Below are positions 64,000 to 64,000 of a stretch of 64,000 nt of DNA, piece after piece; within the stretch, counting starts at the first letter, position 1; every line of letters begins with the position of its first letter. The stretch is from contig JAYVZE010000049.1 of NCBI GenBank assembly GCA_043783625.1, forward strand, positions 32,656-96,655, in the 5' to 3' direction. Both the position numbers and the translations under genes were made by a program. The stretch is from Blastocatellia bacterium. GTDB taxonomy: Bacteria > Acidobacteriota > Blastocatellia > RBC074. Under the pieces are notes generated by a model. The model did not search any database. It saw only the letters and a list, made by a program, of their open reading frames with translations, and was not told where the DNA came from.

Positions 64000-64000
64000 C

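Overview
This looks like a bacterial chromosomal window, probably Acidobacteriota/Blastocatellia (inferred from a TIGR03437-like C-terminal domain and gene styles). Bases 1-11951 hold the 3' part of a type 1 BREX defence locus (brxC, pglX, pglZ, brxL), ending 6 bp from the glmS stop codon. The rest is housekeeping genes (glmS, glmU, yvcK, yebC, rimO, dxs, deoC, HU/IHF, dcd, moaA, thiC with a TPP riboswitch, rfaE1, rpsT) interleaved with small accessory cassettes (nucleotidyltransferase, zeta-like ATPase, PIN, three Uma2, DUF1016) and many short palindromic repeat elements. The main oddities are: (1) pglX carries several in-frame palindromic or heptamer-repeat insertions, an AT-rich specificity region and a 1-nt frameshift, and one of the same repeat families sits inside the TPP riboswitch; (2) an AT-rich islet encodes a secreted Gly-rich protein ending in an FrpC-like self-processing module with Ser-Pro in place of the scissile Asp-Pro, next to an XRE regulator; (3) an unassigned multi-stem RNA leader precedes a 3D-domain gene; (4) a RecU-like resolvase follows yebC; (5) DeoC has an encapsulation-peptide-like N-terminus. 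All product calls come from motif recognition by eye, with no database searches.
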